Assembly: GCF_001194135.2 (NCBI RefSeq)
Contig: NC_068988.1
Location: forward strand, 93,925,330-93,965,280
Source of the DNA: Octopus bimaculoides
Taxonomy: Eukaryota
DNA length: 39,951 nucleotides
Reading direction: 5' to 3'
Below the pieces are notes generated by a model that worked only from the letters and a program-made list of their open reading frames with translations, searched no databases and was not told the origin of the DNA. Position 1 is the first letter of the stretch. Every line of letters begins with the position of its first letter. Below, piece by piece: positions 24,047 through 37,090 of this stretch. A program made the position numbers and the translations under genes.

Positions 24047-24082
24047 CTTTCTGTTGAAGAGCGTAGGCTCGAAACGTAAAAG
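24047..24082 (+). ncRNA. Minimal hammerhead-like motif, copy 1 of a tandem pair (CUGUUGA core)
   Basis: CUUU-CUGUUGA-A-GAGC(GUAG)GCUC-GAAA-CGU-A-AAAG, with stem I, stem II, palindromic ACGU and a GUA triplet. Confidence 0.5.
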
Positions 24083-24260
24083 ACTTTCTCACCTTCCCGA
24101 ACGTCAAACTAATACACCTGTTTGTCGTATATATACCTGTCTTTGTCTTTTGTTTTTCTGTAAATTTTAACTACCTATATATATATATATTATTATGATT
24201 GACCGTTGACTGAACACTATTCAATTTTTTTTCTCCGTGTTTTTCTCCTTGTCTCCGTAT

Positions 24261-24297
24261 TCTTTCTGTTGAAGAGCGTAGCTCGAAACGTCAAAGA
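24261..24297 (+). ncRNA. Minimal hammerhead-like motif, copy 2 of a tandem pair (CUGUUGA core)
   Basis: UCUUU-CUGUUGA-A-GAGC(GUA)GCUC-GAAA-CGU-C-AAAGA, with a 5-bp stem I and a GUC triplet. Confidence 0.5.
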
Positions 24298-24385
24298 CTT
24301 TCCGAATTCCCGAGCGTCATACTAATATATACTTTTGTTATTTACACCACCTGTCCTCGTCTGTTGTTATTATTTGTATATTCTC

Positions 24386-24428
<43 letters not shown>

Positions 24429-25779
24429 TGCATAAATTTCACTAAGCTTTTGTAATGTGTCTTAAGATATAGTATAATGCTTTTGTGTTCTAGCGTCGTT
24501 TTTATTTGATTCTGTATCCACATCCCTACACGTTTTCTATTTTTCTGTAGCTCGTGGTGCTGTGAATGAATGAGTCCTTGTGGCAAATAAAATGAAAGCA
24601 TAATCGTCATCATCATCATCATCATCATCATCATCTGCACTTACTTCGTATTTCGTTCCGACAGCTTTCTTCCGTGTCAATAGCTAATTCTTGCCTTAGT
24701 AGACACATATGTTGACATTTCTATGTTTTATCACATTCGACTGAGTGCAAAGCAACACAGTATCCCACGATTCAGTCAGCTGAACGCCTTTCTAGAGGAA
24801 GCACCATTTCTCGTCAATTATACTACGTTATTCTTATGTCTCCATTTCAAGTGACAGCTACACGTCTTGAAGCATAATTTATCGAAGCTCTTCTATCAGT
24901 CAGCAGATTTATGAAGAATTAATGCAGATACTATTTGCCCCTTTATTTTCCAAGCAGTTTTATACCGTTTCTTTATTTTTCTTTTTAAAGAATTCTTTAA
25001 TCCCCGCCACTAACTTCCTCTCTTTATGTAAACCCTTCCTCAGGTATTGTAAAACATGCATTTGGCTTTTTGTCCTGCAACTCTTCATCTCTTCCACTCT
25101 TTTCCCCTTAATTCAAATTCTCTCCTCTCATCACTCCGACTTCATTTTCTTATTTATGGCTTCATACAAATACGTCCTTGTTAATTCTTGCCCATGAATT
25201 ATTTGCTACTTTTTCCCATACACATGCACACACACACACACATACATACATACATACATCTATACACACATACATACATCTATACATACATCTATACATA
25301 CAGACAGACAGACAGATATCATGTATGCAACGCACGCACCCACACACGCACTCACATACACATATCGTCACATATGCATAAACACACATACAGATTAGTC
25401 CAAAAGTTTTTATTGAAGTGATTGCGTTAAAAGAACGTAATAATAGTCTCTGATACAACACACACCATTCTGAAATGCAATAATGATAATCATAATCGTT
25501 AGATTATCAGAGGGATTAAATTGAGAATGTGACAAAAATTTAGATTTTTCTGTGAACTCTCGTTTCTGAGTTGACTTGGTTAAAGATTATACACTGGAGA
25601 TAGTGTTCAACAATAATGTCTTATGCTAATGCCGACTCTATTGAATGCTTGTTGCTTTTATACACAAACTTCTCTTTATGCAAAGAAAAATGACCATAAT
25701 CCACTTCATCGACCCAAATATATCAATATTATTTGTTTTTAGCAAAGTCAATGAGTTAAATTTGAACTCATAACTTATA

Positions 25780-25939
25780 GGCGCAGGAGTGACCGTGTGG
25801 TAAGAAGCTTGCTTTCCAACCACATGGTTCCGGGTTCATTCCCACTGCGTGGCACCTTGCGCAAGCGTATTCTACTATAGCTTCGGGTTGACCAAAACCT
25901 TGTGAGTGGATTTGGTAGATGGAAACTGAAAAACGCCCG

Positions 25940-25971
<32 letters not shown>
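25780..25971 (+). mobile_element. tRNA-derived SINE, family B, with (TA)n tail
   Basis: A-box-like TGACCGTGTGG and B-box GGTTCATTCCC; the body matches 9-170 (reverse). Confidence 0.85.
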
Positions 25972-25975
<4 letters not shown>

Positions 25976-27479
25976 TTATACACAGGATACTTTTGTGGCT
26001 TCCTCAGAGAAGAAAGAACAATGCCTGTGACTTTTGTGGTTCCTCTGTGTCTGGTTAATGGAAAGAAAGATGTCCTCAGATTGAAATGTTGGTCTGAATG
26101 TTTGTAGCAGAGTGGACTCTGTGAAAGGAGGCATGCAGATACCAGTTGATGGTGTTCAACCGGGTCATAAATTACGTTGAAGCGTTTTACCTCCAAGTTA
26201 TAACCTACATTGAAAGCTGGAGGAAGTGTCATTAAATTCTGGGTTACGACGTGCAGATGGATGAGTCATTTAGTAGAGGCAACATCAAGAATGAACAACC
26301 AACACTTCTGCAAATCAATATGAAATTTCCCAAGATATTTCCAATAAATTTAAAATTTTATTTAAATGAAATTGGAAATTGGAAATCAATAATGTTAAAT
26401 AATCTACCTAATGAGAGTACACACTTACATGTACACACATATTCCCGCTCGCGTGAATCCACACATATGAAGGCACGTTTCTACATAATTTTATAAAAGT
26501 TAGATTAGAATTAGTAAGCTGGTTTATTGTTTTAACTGCAAACAACTTTATAAAAGAAATCTATAACAAATGTTACAGTATCGTAGGAATCAGAAGTCTT
26601 TTGCGCATATGGCACACGACTTGTCACTATTATTGCTGTCACCATGGCGAATTTATCGTCAGTGATTTACAGCATGCAAATAACAACCGGCCGATTAAAA
26701 GTTCTCTCGTCGTCAGATCGTGGACTACATCTTATCTGATTACATGAGGAATAAGAATCGATAGTATTTGGCACGATAGTGAGAACAGTTTCTAAAACCT
26801 GTTGAAATAGATTTAGCAACGAAAATCTATCAAAAGCTCAATATCCAAAACATTGCAAAACGTTATGATGACATGAAACAACAACCGGTTTCTTCAAATC
26901 ACAACCTCAACATCTTAAATAAAGAAAGAAAACTCATAAAATGACGGGATGGTCACAAGTTGAACGCCTTTAATCATAGTTCTAATCGATCAGGATTGAC
27001 TCCGAGCTTTATGAGCATCGATCTTTTATCTATTTGGTCGCTTGTTTTGCTAGAAATAACAACCAAATAACTTTCAACTGATACCCAACCTTCTCAAAGT
27101 AACAACAATTCATTGAATAATGCAGACTTAGATACACAAAGGCCGTAAAATATACAGGATGGTCATGGCTGGAATATCTTTGATTATAAGTCCAGTGATA
27201 ACAGTGATCCAACTACTTTAGTTTACATTTTCCTGTTGGTTACTGTAAATTACCAGAAATGGCATAAAGATGATCAACGGTTTAAATGACACAGTATTCT
27301 AGAGAGTTGCTGTTCTCAGATATAAACCACAGGAATAGTCTATGATTTATGTGTTTCGTTGTTTTGCAATGTTAACTTAAAATCTTTCAATTGGTAGCAG
27401 CCATCTCTAAAGGGTCAAGTGTTGTAACAATAGCAACGATACTGATGCTGAAGGTCCTAAATCTGAAGGCCATACTTCT

Positions 27480-28690
27480 GACACGCCGATTCTGGGGACA
27501 ATAGTAAATAGGGCATCGGACGAAAGGCTCGTTAAGTATACAGTGCTCCCATCGATGACACTGGAAATCTTTGCTGTTAATTTGCAGCCAACTGTCAGGG
27601 TTTCTAAGGATTTGAAAGACTGCTGAAAACCTGTGGATACCTAAAGTTACAGGTTGTAAGTCTAGGGCTGATCCAAACTTATCACCGCACCGCCAAAGTC
27701 AGATCAGTTCGCAGTTAGCCCTACAATGTATCATATGCGGAGGATTTTGTGATAAATAAATCTGTTGGAGATCTAACAAATTTGTGCGTCTCTAACGCAC
27801 TACCAACAACGAGTGCTTACATCTTGGCAAGCATATTTACCGAAGTTTTTAGCGTCTGTGCTTATCAAAATTATGGGTTTTAATCTATGCTTCTCAACAT
27901 TTTTGATCTTGTCTTTCTTGATAAGAAGGACGCAATCTAGAAGCATCGCCACATCCCGACTCAGACGAAATCTTTCCGCGTTGAGAAGGAAGCGTTTATC
28001 TTTCAATCATCGCATTTCTTATAGCACGAATGTGTAATCTCTATACCCGAAACTGTAAGCAATTTACGCTAATGCAATCAACACAAACTGGGCGAAAATC
28101 AAAGCGCAGCCTGGACGTCATGTTTTTTGTCCAAGACATTAGCGCATTAAAGAAATCCAATCTCACAGACAACTGAAAATATCCGCGAAGGCTTGCGGGT
28201 TTTTTCTCCCCATCTCACCTACTGCTTACCCATAAATTATCGTTGCGTGCGGCCCGAATTCCATTCTAATTGCTCACAAGCATTAATGAGCTTTGATCAT
28301 TGTTGCAAGATTTCTACAAGTGTGAAGTTCGGCCATCAATCTTGTATTCTAATCTGAAGGCGCACTAGCGATACCTTCCTTGCACAAGACAGCTGATTTA
28401 CCATCCGAGTCTTGGTAAACTGTCATGCATCTGAATCTAGTCCTTTTCCAAATAGCATTATCACGCCATTTATTTCAGGCCGAGTCATCCAGAAGAGAAG
28501 CGAATGAGTCTCGAAATTCCTGGTCTCGCCGATGGCAACAACATTTAGACGTAGTGGACCTGATTGTGCAGGTGCTTCTACATGCACACTAAACTCCAGT
28601 CTCTGTGCATCTACAACTCTTACATTTAGTGGTGTCACGTCAGGTGGAGGAAGAAGAAAAGGTGAAGCAAATATGAGTTGGGTCACTTAC
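27480..28690 (-). mobile_element. Decayed, internally deleted L1/Tx1-like LINE ORF2 (endonuclease to RT)
   Basis: Endonuclease N-terminus PLNVR..LRLNVVAIGETR..GVIMLFGKGLD (28686-28423). RT N-terminus LLIKKDK..LKPIILISTDAKNF (28006-27800). GGAVISLDQ near 27690. Confidence 0.65.
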
Positions 28691-29755
28691 CTTGGCTTAA
28701 TGGCCGTCCTTCTTTGGGCCATTGTAAGGATCCTACAAATTCCTTTTCAGTATAGACGAAACGCTTTCTCAAGGAATGACACACTGGTTCTTACCAGAAA
28801 TCTCCCTGGTCGTATTTTGAGAGGAATAGTGCGTGCAGTTCTCCGCAGGTTATGAAGACTGTACAAACCTTTAAAACCTTTAAAACCTTGTTTCCTTTTC
28901 GGAGAACGATGCAATCGAAGTCTTCGTCTGTGTATTATTGTTTCTGTTGCTCCTTTTAATGCAGGGATATTTTTCGATCTCAACTTGTATTCGTTGTTAC
29001 TTCTTTTGCAGTGTTCTAACTGTTGTTGAGGTTCCTTTGCGGTTTTTCTTGCGGTTGCGGCAATCATTGTTACTGCTGTACTTGTGAATTTTGTTGCTGT
29101 GATTTTGTTGGTATAGTGGTTGAAGTCGTTGCTGTTGTTGTTGTTGTTACTGTTGCGGTTGTTGGTCTATCGGTTGGCTTGTGTATTATCCTTGTTTCTA
29201 TTATTTTTGTTTGATATTTCAAGGCCTTGTGTCGATAGTAGAAAGATTATTTTGTCTTGAAGCAAACAAATCTTTTTGTTATTATCGTTCGTTATGCGTT
29301 TCGTTTACATTGTTCAAAATGATGTTATTTTTTATCACAAAATATTTTTTCTCGTTGTCAAGTAAATATATTCTCCTGAGAAATTGGATTATTTTATTCC
29401 TCTTTTTTTATTTATTTTCTGTAAAAACATGCTTACGACTTTTGCTTAAGCAGGGATGTTTCTGTATGCTGTAGTCATTTTGTTTGTTTAGGAAAAAAAA
29501 AACCAAATAAACAAACGAACCTTTTTCTTAGCAAATTAAAGTGATTTTTCCCTAACTCTATTAGAAGAAAAATTAATGCAATTAATTAACATCCCTACCC
29601 AGTTATTTAGAAATTCTGCATTGAGCATTTTTCGCACATAGTTTCACTTGATAAAAATACACGATATAGGGAGCAAGATGAAACACGTTTTGCTATCTCA
29701 AAACACAATAATAACGGAAACAAAAACGAAACCAGCAAAACAAAAAGCAAGAATA

Positions 29756-29807
<52 letters not shown>

Positions 29808-30066
29808 GTGTTTGTAAAGACTGCGTTAAAAGTAAGTTGAAATAAACATTGGCAATGCAGTTATGAATTAAATATGAGTTAATGTTAAGAACCGAAAATA
29901 TCCGAGTGTAATTCTGATGCGAGCCATTTTGCCGACAAATGGACACAGTACCTACCCTTTATACATATTCATATAAGCATATATTTTCATGCGGCGTCTG
30001 CACACAGACATACGTACATGTTTGTTAAAGCATATACGAGTATGTATGCGCCTGGTCTTGTGTGTG

Positions 30067-30098
<32 letters not shown>

Positions 30099-31080
30099 CT
30101 CGCGCAAGTATGTGCGATCAGGAAGATATATTTAACATAATGTATATTAAATTAGTAGATTAGTAATCATGAGTAAAGATGATGGATATACCTTATTTGT
30201 TAGCGCTTAAACTCATTTGTTTCATTACTGCATACATTTCGATTTTCACTGGCGTATCATTTAGTTGCGGATCACTATGACGTGTTTATGAATTCAACCT
30301 TCTTTTCACTCTTTCAGTCAATTTCATAGCCCTTCCCCTTTGTATAATTTCTTTCCCTCTACTCTCTCATCTATCTCTAAAACTCTCGCCTCTTTACTAC
30401 TTTTATTCAAATCTAATTTTCTGTGACCCCCCCAGAAAATGTTTCAGTGCATAGATGAATTCCCTAAACTTATCTTTTACCGCGGACGCTGATCTGTCTT
30501 AACTCGCCTTCTCCCCGTCTCACTCTTCAGATTTGGTAACCGTCAGACTAGTCGCTGTATCACTCACTGTTTTTAGTATGTATATCTGCACGCCCATTTT
30601 ACTGAATAAATGAAAAAAACATGCAACAAATTATGGACATGTATTCATTGAAACGTTCCAATATATGCATTTCCGTATATTAGATTCAGTATTAGGCTGG
30701 CGAATACAACACACTATTTACAATGCAGATTTGAAAACCTCACTGACATAACATTCTGGATTGTAAGAGGACGGGCACAACATGTTGGCTTATCCAGCTT
30801 GTGGCTACTTTGACTGAGCTTGCCGACGGGAAAATGGAGCAGAGAGTGAGAGCGAGTGAGCTTAAGAGAGATAGAAATCGAAGGAGGGAGGGAAACAGCG
30901 AAAAAGGGAGAGAGAGAAAGAGAGAGGTGGGGATAGAGTGAAATAAAGTAAGGTCGACAAGAAGGCTTAAAATCAGAAAAAGAGAGAGAAAACAATGAAA
31001 AATAAACTTAACAAAAGGAAGTAGGTTAAATGAATAAGAAAAAGAGAGAATAACATATGAGTGAGAAAGGGAGAGAGGAA

Positions 31081-31161
31081 AGAAGAAGAAGAAGAAGAAG
31101 AAGAAGAAGAAGAAGAAGAAGAAGAAGAAGAAGAAGAAGAAGAAGAAGAAGAAGAAGAAGA
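31081..31161. repeat. (GAA)n microsatellite, about 27 units
   Basis: Read directly from the sequence. Confidence 0.97.
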
Positions 31162-32278
31162 GAGACGGTACGGTGGTGTTGTTGGCGGTAGTGGTGGAGA
31201 CCTGGCGAGAAAACCATTTATAAGAAATATTTAAATGAACTCTCTTTTTGTTGCTCATTGTAAGACTTGTGTAATCTTCGTAATAGGATAGCGTCTGAAA
31301 TGCGTCCCAGTGAAAATGTGTTATTTCTTTACCGTTACAACTCAAAAGTAAACGATGATTATATCATCGTGGGTTAGTTGCTGAAGAAACATATTCGGGC
31401 TCTATTCAATTCTATCTAATTCAGATGACTAAACATTCAACTTGAAGATAACCTTCATCACAATCTTGATATTCACTTGCTTGTCGATAGGAGAAGAGAA
31501 ACGAAAAAGAAAAGAAAAAAAGACGTCATTGTAAAGGTCGATAAGCCGATGGTCAGAAAATAACCAATGGATTTTATTGTACAGAGAACTCGGTCACATG
31601 AGAAATTGGTGAGACAACTTTTTTTCTTTTTTATTTTCCTCTTTTAAATATACGAAACAAATAACATTGTTGATTTATCGACTGCATTGGTATATTTTAT
31701 TCTTTAGGGTAATGGAGAAATAAGCTCGTGTCTTTTGTTTGCGTTGAAATTTTGGCTTTTTTGTAAACGTTTAAAAAATCAAATGTAACTTAAAATAAAG
31801 GGTGAATACAATGAAAAAAAAAAAAGACAACAAAACAATGTAAATGAAGAAAGAAAAAATGTGTTAATATTTGAGAATATATATTTCAGATGTTAAAAAT
31901 AAGTTCTTTAATTTTAAATATTGTACTTCAGTCAAGAGATAGTTTATCCAAGTAAATGTCTACTGGATATTCCATAAAAGAACTCATAGATAAGAATAGA
32001 AATGTAATAGGAATCTATATTGGCATCTTTTACGATTAAAACTATTTCAGTTCAACTCAGAACTTTAAAAACAAAAGACAAGTACTTTGCGAGCTGGGTT
32101 CACAATTTGATTTTGATTTCCCATCGAAACTTTTCATGTACACCACTTTGGAAAAAGCTTGAATGTCAAAATGCTATGACTCTCTCTGTGCATATAATGA
32201 ACAAAAATCAATATATCTAACAAAAAAGTGAGTCTTTCATTAATTGTAGCTTTAGTTTATAAAGCAAACGTTGTACAG

Positions 32279-32362
32279 CTGTAGTGGACATATTATTGAC
32301 CGTGGTTCTATCACTAGTGATAGCTATTTCCCTTATTCTGTTAACTTATTTGAGAAAAGCAG
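32279..32362 (+). CDS. Candidate 84-nt phase-1 exon encoding a transmembrane helix: VVDILLTVVLSLVIAISLILLTYLRKA
   Basis: CAG acceptor (weak pyrimidine tract) and donor CAG|GTATGT. About 21 hydrophobic residues are followed by RK. A second frame is also open, so the reading is not unique. Confidence 0.35.
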
Positions 32363-33899
32363 GTATGTTGCAAAATCTGTTCCTTCAACCAATGAAGTGA
32401 ATATGATGGTGGGTGGAGATACCCCTAATGACTGCTGTTGGGTGGAGATGTCTCTGATCGCAAAATGTTTTATCGCAACATTAATACCATAATAATATAA
32501 TTAATAATGATAATCACGGTGTTTGAGAGATAAGCACTTAGAAAGTGACTTCGTAATGGTTACCGTTTGCAGTTATTTATGTCACTAATATTCTTGAAGA
32601 TTGCCTTAAAGTCTTCTGGCTCATATAAGAAATATTTTCACTCCCTCTGATGTATACATGAAGTCTTGTGCTTAACGAAATCTTGGGTGTCATTAAAACC
32701 AATATTTATCATTAATCATTTTGAAATTCTGGGTTTTACAATAGAAGTAAATAAATAAACAGGTTTTGATTCTTGGAGTAATTAAACGAAAACCTTCAGA
32801 AATGGTAAAGATGTCCAAACAGGCGTACGTTCCGAATAAAAAGAATTTAGTAACTTTAATCGTAGTCACAAATGATTTTGTTTCGATTTGGTTTGATTAA
32901 AAATATCTAAACAGCTTTCAGTTCGTAAACATAATTTATGAAATACTAGATATTTAACAGTTAAAGAAATGCAATGATGTGGCAGGAGTAACAGGTCTTG
33001 GAATTAATAAGTTACATTAATTAATCTTATTCATGTATCGCCGCTTTGAATTCAAATCTTTTACGAAGTCGACTTTTCTTTTCATTTTTCAAGGATTCAT
33101 GAGATAAACACCAGTCATAAACTGAGATGAATTCAGATTCACAGCTCAGACCTCCTACAAATTTACTGTGTGTTGCAATCGTAGCAACCCGCAATTAATA
33201 ATCTAAACTTATTCAATTATTAATTAGTTCTTAGAAGAAAAATCTATTCATAAAAATAAACACTAAATCACAGTTAGTATTATGCGATTTGCATGGTGAG
33301 GACGGACGGATAGAGTTATGTGGTGAGTAAGCGAAGTTTATTTTTCTCATGATGTTTGCTATAGAATATCGATTTTAATGATGAGAGTTGATTATATCTA
33401 GCTTTTCGTAAGTTATAGTCATCTCTCTTCCTTTACGTGCAAAATCCGATTTATTTGTTAGTAGAATAGGAGTTTAGTTAAGTTGCTCAGCAAGACAATC
33501 GGACAATGTACTGTTGTATACTGTTAGATACATAATGGGTATTTTGTAAATATCCACGCTATTGAATTTATTTCTTTTAATTAATAGTATCGGAGATTTT
33601 TGTATATTTACAAAGTATTCATATATGAAAAAGCACTGAAAATAATTCAATAGTATTTCGAAAAATATCACTCTGCCAAAAATGCAAAACTGTCTTCTAC
33701 TGCAATTTCCCCTAGAAAATAGGCTTTCCTGATAGACAGATGCTAACCTCCTGTAGTTAATTTATAAGATTTCTACCTCTTCCAGACAGTTAACATGATT
33801 TAAATACGAAGACTAATGAGTTATGTCTAGACGCTCAACATAGCGTATTTAAACCCATTTCATTTCTCCAAGACGCCAAAGCTTATACTAAACCCGGTG

Positions 33900-34185
33900 G
33901 TTTTGGACTCTGATCTAATCTAGACCACCTCTTACTAACCTCTTCTAACATGCCACCTACACAATTCTACCCCTCTCCAAGATATACTTCTCTCAGCCTC
34001 TATCCTCAGTCGATCACTGCTGTCTAAGCTACGTTCTTTACTCAAACTTTACTCCGAAAATGGGGTCTGTACATTCATACATTTCACTTTCCCTGTTCCC
34101 TGACCCTTACCTCTTTCAACTGAGGATCAGCAACAAAGACTTCAAGTTTCTCTGGCTCAGACCCCATCTCTTTCATTTATGTGCT
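33900..34185 (+). mobile_element. Decayed Penelope-like RT fragment
   Basis: PTQFY(fs)SKIY..PKMGSVHSYI..DFKFLWLRPHLF resembles the PLE RT pattern QFYLLPKIHK..LPSYI..F.F....LF. Confidence 0.45.
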
Positions 34186-34191
34186 TACTCC

Positions 34192-34305
<114 letters not shown>

Positions 34306-34747
34306 GTACAAAAGATAAGAAATAAATCTCTTCGTTGACATAATACTAATCTATCGCAAGTGCCTATATTATCCATACACAACAAAAGCGGTCAACTGAA
34401 GTGAAATATCTAGAAATAAAATGAAATAAACACAAGAAATGAAATAAGAAATGAATATACGAAAGAAAATGAAATATGTCAACATCAAGAAAATATTCAA
34501 CATATATCTTCTTGTGTGAATGCGCCAGGTATAGTTACTCCGAAATACGTGGTCGGGTCTTAATACTTGAATTCTGAACATTCTTTTATGAAATGGAAGC
34601 TAATAATAAACAGGATAAGATGTCTGTTTTTCGGAGAGTTTCCTCTTTTGAATGGCTTGTTGCCTTGAACGACATGAAGGATGAAATAAAAAGCGTAAAA
34701 AAACTAGACATGAGTATAAATTCCCTCCAGAAAAAAGGTTCAGACAA

Positions 34748-35070
34748 GACCAGGACTTCATCACAATGAAAGCAGTTAAGTCTTTGTCCCTTTCTACATC
34801 ACTCATTGCAAGCACAACCCGAGAAGAAAGCCTCTACAAGGTCATTAAATCTCTTAGGAATAACAGCCAGATCTCCCTTTTCTTAAACAATTGAAGAAGA
34901 TAGATGAGATAATGTATTCCTGGATGCCTGGCACAAAGACGAGATAATCGTAGAATGGAATGAAATTAATCATAGGATCAAGATTATTCTGAAGTTAAAG
35001 CACCAACACAAGGAATCCTAATGCTATACCCACCAAATCAAACAAATAATCTTTAGTTCTCACAAGAAAG
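34748..35070 (+). mobile_element. Possible decayed RTE-like LINE RT N-terminal region
   Basis: TTREESLYKVIKSLRNN and NVFLDAWHKDEIIVEWNE resemble P.T.EEV.KAIK.LKNNK and W....IP..W. No catalytic motif is preserved. Confidence 0.35.
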
Positions 35071-35663
35071 GCAAGTGAACGGAATTGAGCAAAATGGCTG
35101 TAGCTTTGATGAATGTAGTGACGCCGTTAAGCACTAACTTAGCCACTAAATGCTCCGTGTTAAAGAGTCAACCTTATAGGTTAAATCCTGTTCCTTCTTC
35201 CTCACATTCTCTCTCACACTGTGTGTGTGTGTGTGTGCACGTGCGTGCGAGCATCGTATTCCTAGACTTTAGTTAGCATTTGATATGTGTAGTTATGTAA
35301 AATAAGTACGAGCTTAAGGCATCAATTGAAAGGGGGCACCGCAAAAATGGTAAATTGTTTACGGCACAAAAGAAATCAGTTTAAACTTACTGTATTACGT
35401 GATATTAATTTTGAGGATTTGATCAAAAACTTTGCGATTAAAAAAAAGGAGAAAACTTGTCAAATATAAAGTGGAAACATACAAAAATAAAGATGATTTT
35501 CTTCCATCTTGCTGTTAATTTTGTCTCATTTTGAAAAATAGAAAAATATTTCATAGTTTATTATTGTTTATATATTGAATTCCATATATATGGTGGCACC
35601 AGAATCATTTAAGTGATTAGGGCCTCTATGGGTTTTAACCCAGCCCCTGCTTCTAGTACAATA

Positions 35664-35838
35664 TATAATACCTGGGGATAAACGAAGGAGATGGTATACA
35701 ACATGCTACTATGAAGGAAAAATAAGAAAGATATATTACAGGAGAATAAGTCTAATATTAAAAACTGAACTCAACTCTAAAAATTGCATCGAAGTCATTA
35801 ACACCCTGGCACTTCCAGCAGTCGAATATAATTTTAAA
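35664..35838 (+). mobile_element. R4/Dong-like retrotransposon fragment (late RT/thumb region)
   Basis: YLGINEGDGIQHATMKEK(fs)IRKIYYRRISLILKTELNSKNCIEVINTLALPAVEYNF. It ends exactly where the SINE at 35839 begins. Confidence 0.75.
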
Positions 35839-36055
35839 GGGGGCGAGCTGGCAGAGACGTTAGCACGCCGGGCGAAATGCTTAGCGGTATTTCGTCTGTC
35901 TTTACGCTCTGAGTTCAGATTCTGCCGAGGTCGACTTTGCCTTTCATCCCTTCGGGGTCGATAAATTAGGTACCGTTTGCGTACTGGGGTCAATCTAATC
36001 GACTGGCACCCTCCCTCCAAATTTTGGGCCTTGTGCCTAGAGTAGAAAACAATAT
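35839..36055 (+). mobile_element. tRNA-derived SINE family A, full-length
   Basis: Same head, B-box (GAGTTCAGATTC), core and tail as 14153-14370. Confidence 0.9.
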
Positions 36056-36664
36056 ATAATTGCTAACACGACTTTAAAAATAATTGCTAGAACTTGCAAG
36101 AAAGTTCCGGGGACACCGGCTTTGCAAGGTTATATGTTCATCTCCCACGAAGGAGGAGAAATTTTAGCAGTTTTGGTATCACTCAATAATAAAAATATTA
36201 ACATCATGTTTTCAAATTCCACCCTTCAATAAATATATGAATTCAAACAAACAGACAAATAAAAGTTACCTCGCTCCAAATATATATGTATTCACATACA
36301 CTATTCATATACAAATATATACATTCACATATACCATATCTATACACAGAGAGTCTGTAGAGAGACATTCCAATTAAAAGCTGTAGACTGGAGATCGCAT
36401 TCTCTAGCATTGTTTACTCTAATGATGCCGAGCAGGATTTATATTACTGTTTTTTTTCTGTCCATAGCGCAGCCCTCACTTTTCTTTGTGTCGGGACATG
36501 AAAACTAGCATCGTACTAAACGAAGGTTAGCTGCAACTATCTAAAAATTATTTTGTTATAAACATTATTGATGATAATACTTCACTTTGAGTTTTGAGTT
36601 TTCCATCATATAACCCTATCATATCTAGAATATATATATATAACACAACCCCACTATTTACTGA

Positions 36665-36720
<56 letters not shown>

Positions 36721-36937
36721 TATTACTTTGTATTTTATGATAGTTATTTTTAGTGTATTTACTTAGTAAATTTTTCTATATGTGACTGTGGATTTTCATA
36801 GATGAGTTCATGAACTTTGGTTCTTCTTTCTAAATTATATATCTATATATTATACTATGAAACTTAATTTAATTTTAATTTTTGATAAATTGAATTTAAT
36901 TGACTTTTTACCTGTAAATTTGGATTTTTATCCCTAA

Positions 36938-37007
<70 letters not shown>

Positions 37008-37090
37008 CACATTCATTAATATTGATAGAAATGGTAAGACAACATAAGAATGAAAGAGACCTCGATATTATGTAAATAGAGGAATTTATT

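Noticed and set aside
24640-24900. Minus-strand IIDEKW resembling the mariner transposase motif IVTGDEKW
   Set aside because: A single short motif among many stops, with no WVPHEL, HDNA or YSPDL motif and no terminal inverted repeats.
28532-28855. 107-aa plus-strand ORF with a hydrophobic segment
   Set aside because: It is the antisense reading of the Tx1-like endonuclease region.
31081-31161. (GAA)n as a triplex-forming element
   Set aside because: One of many microsatellites here; nothing points to a specific function.
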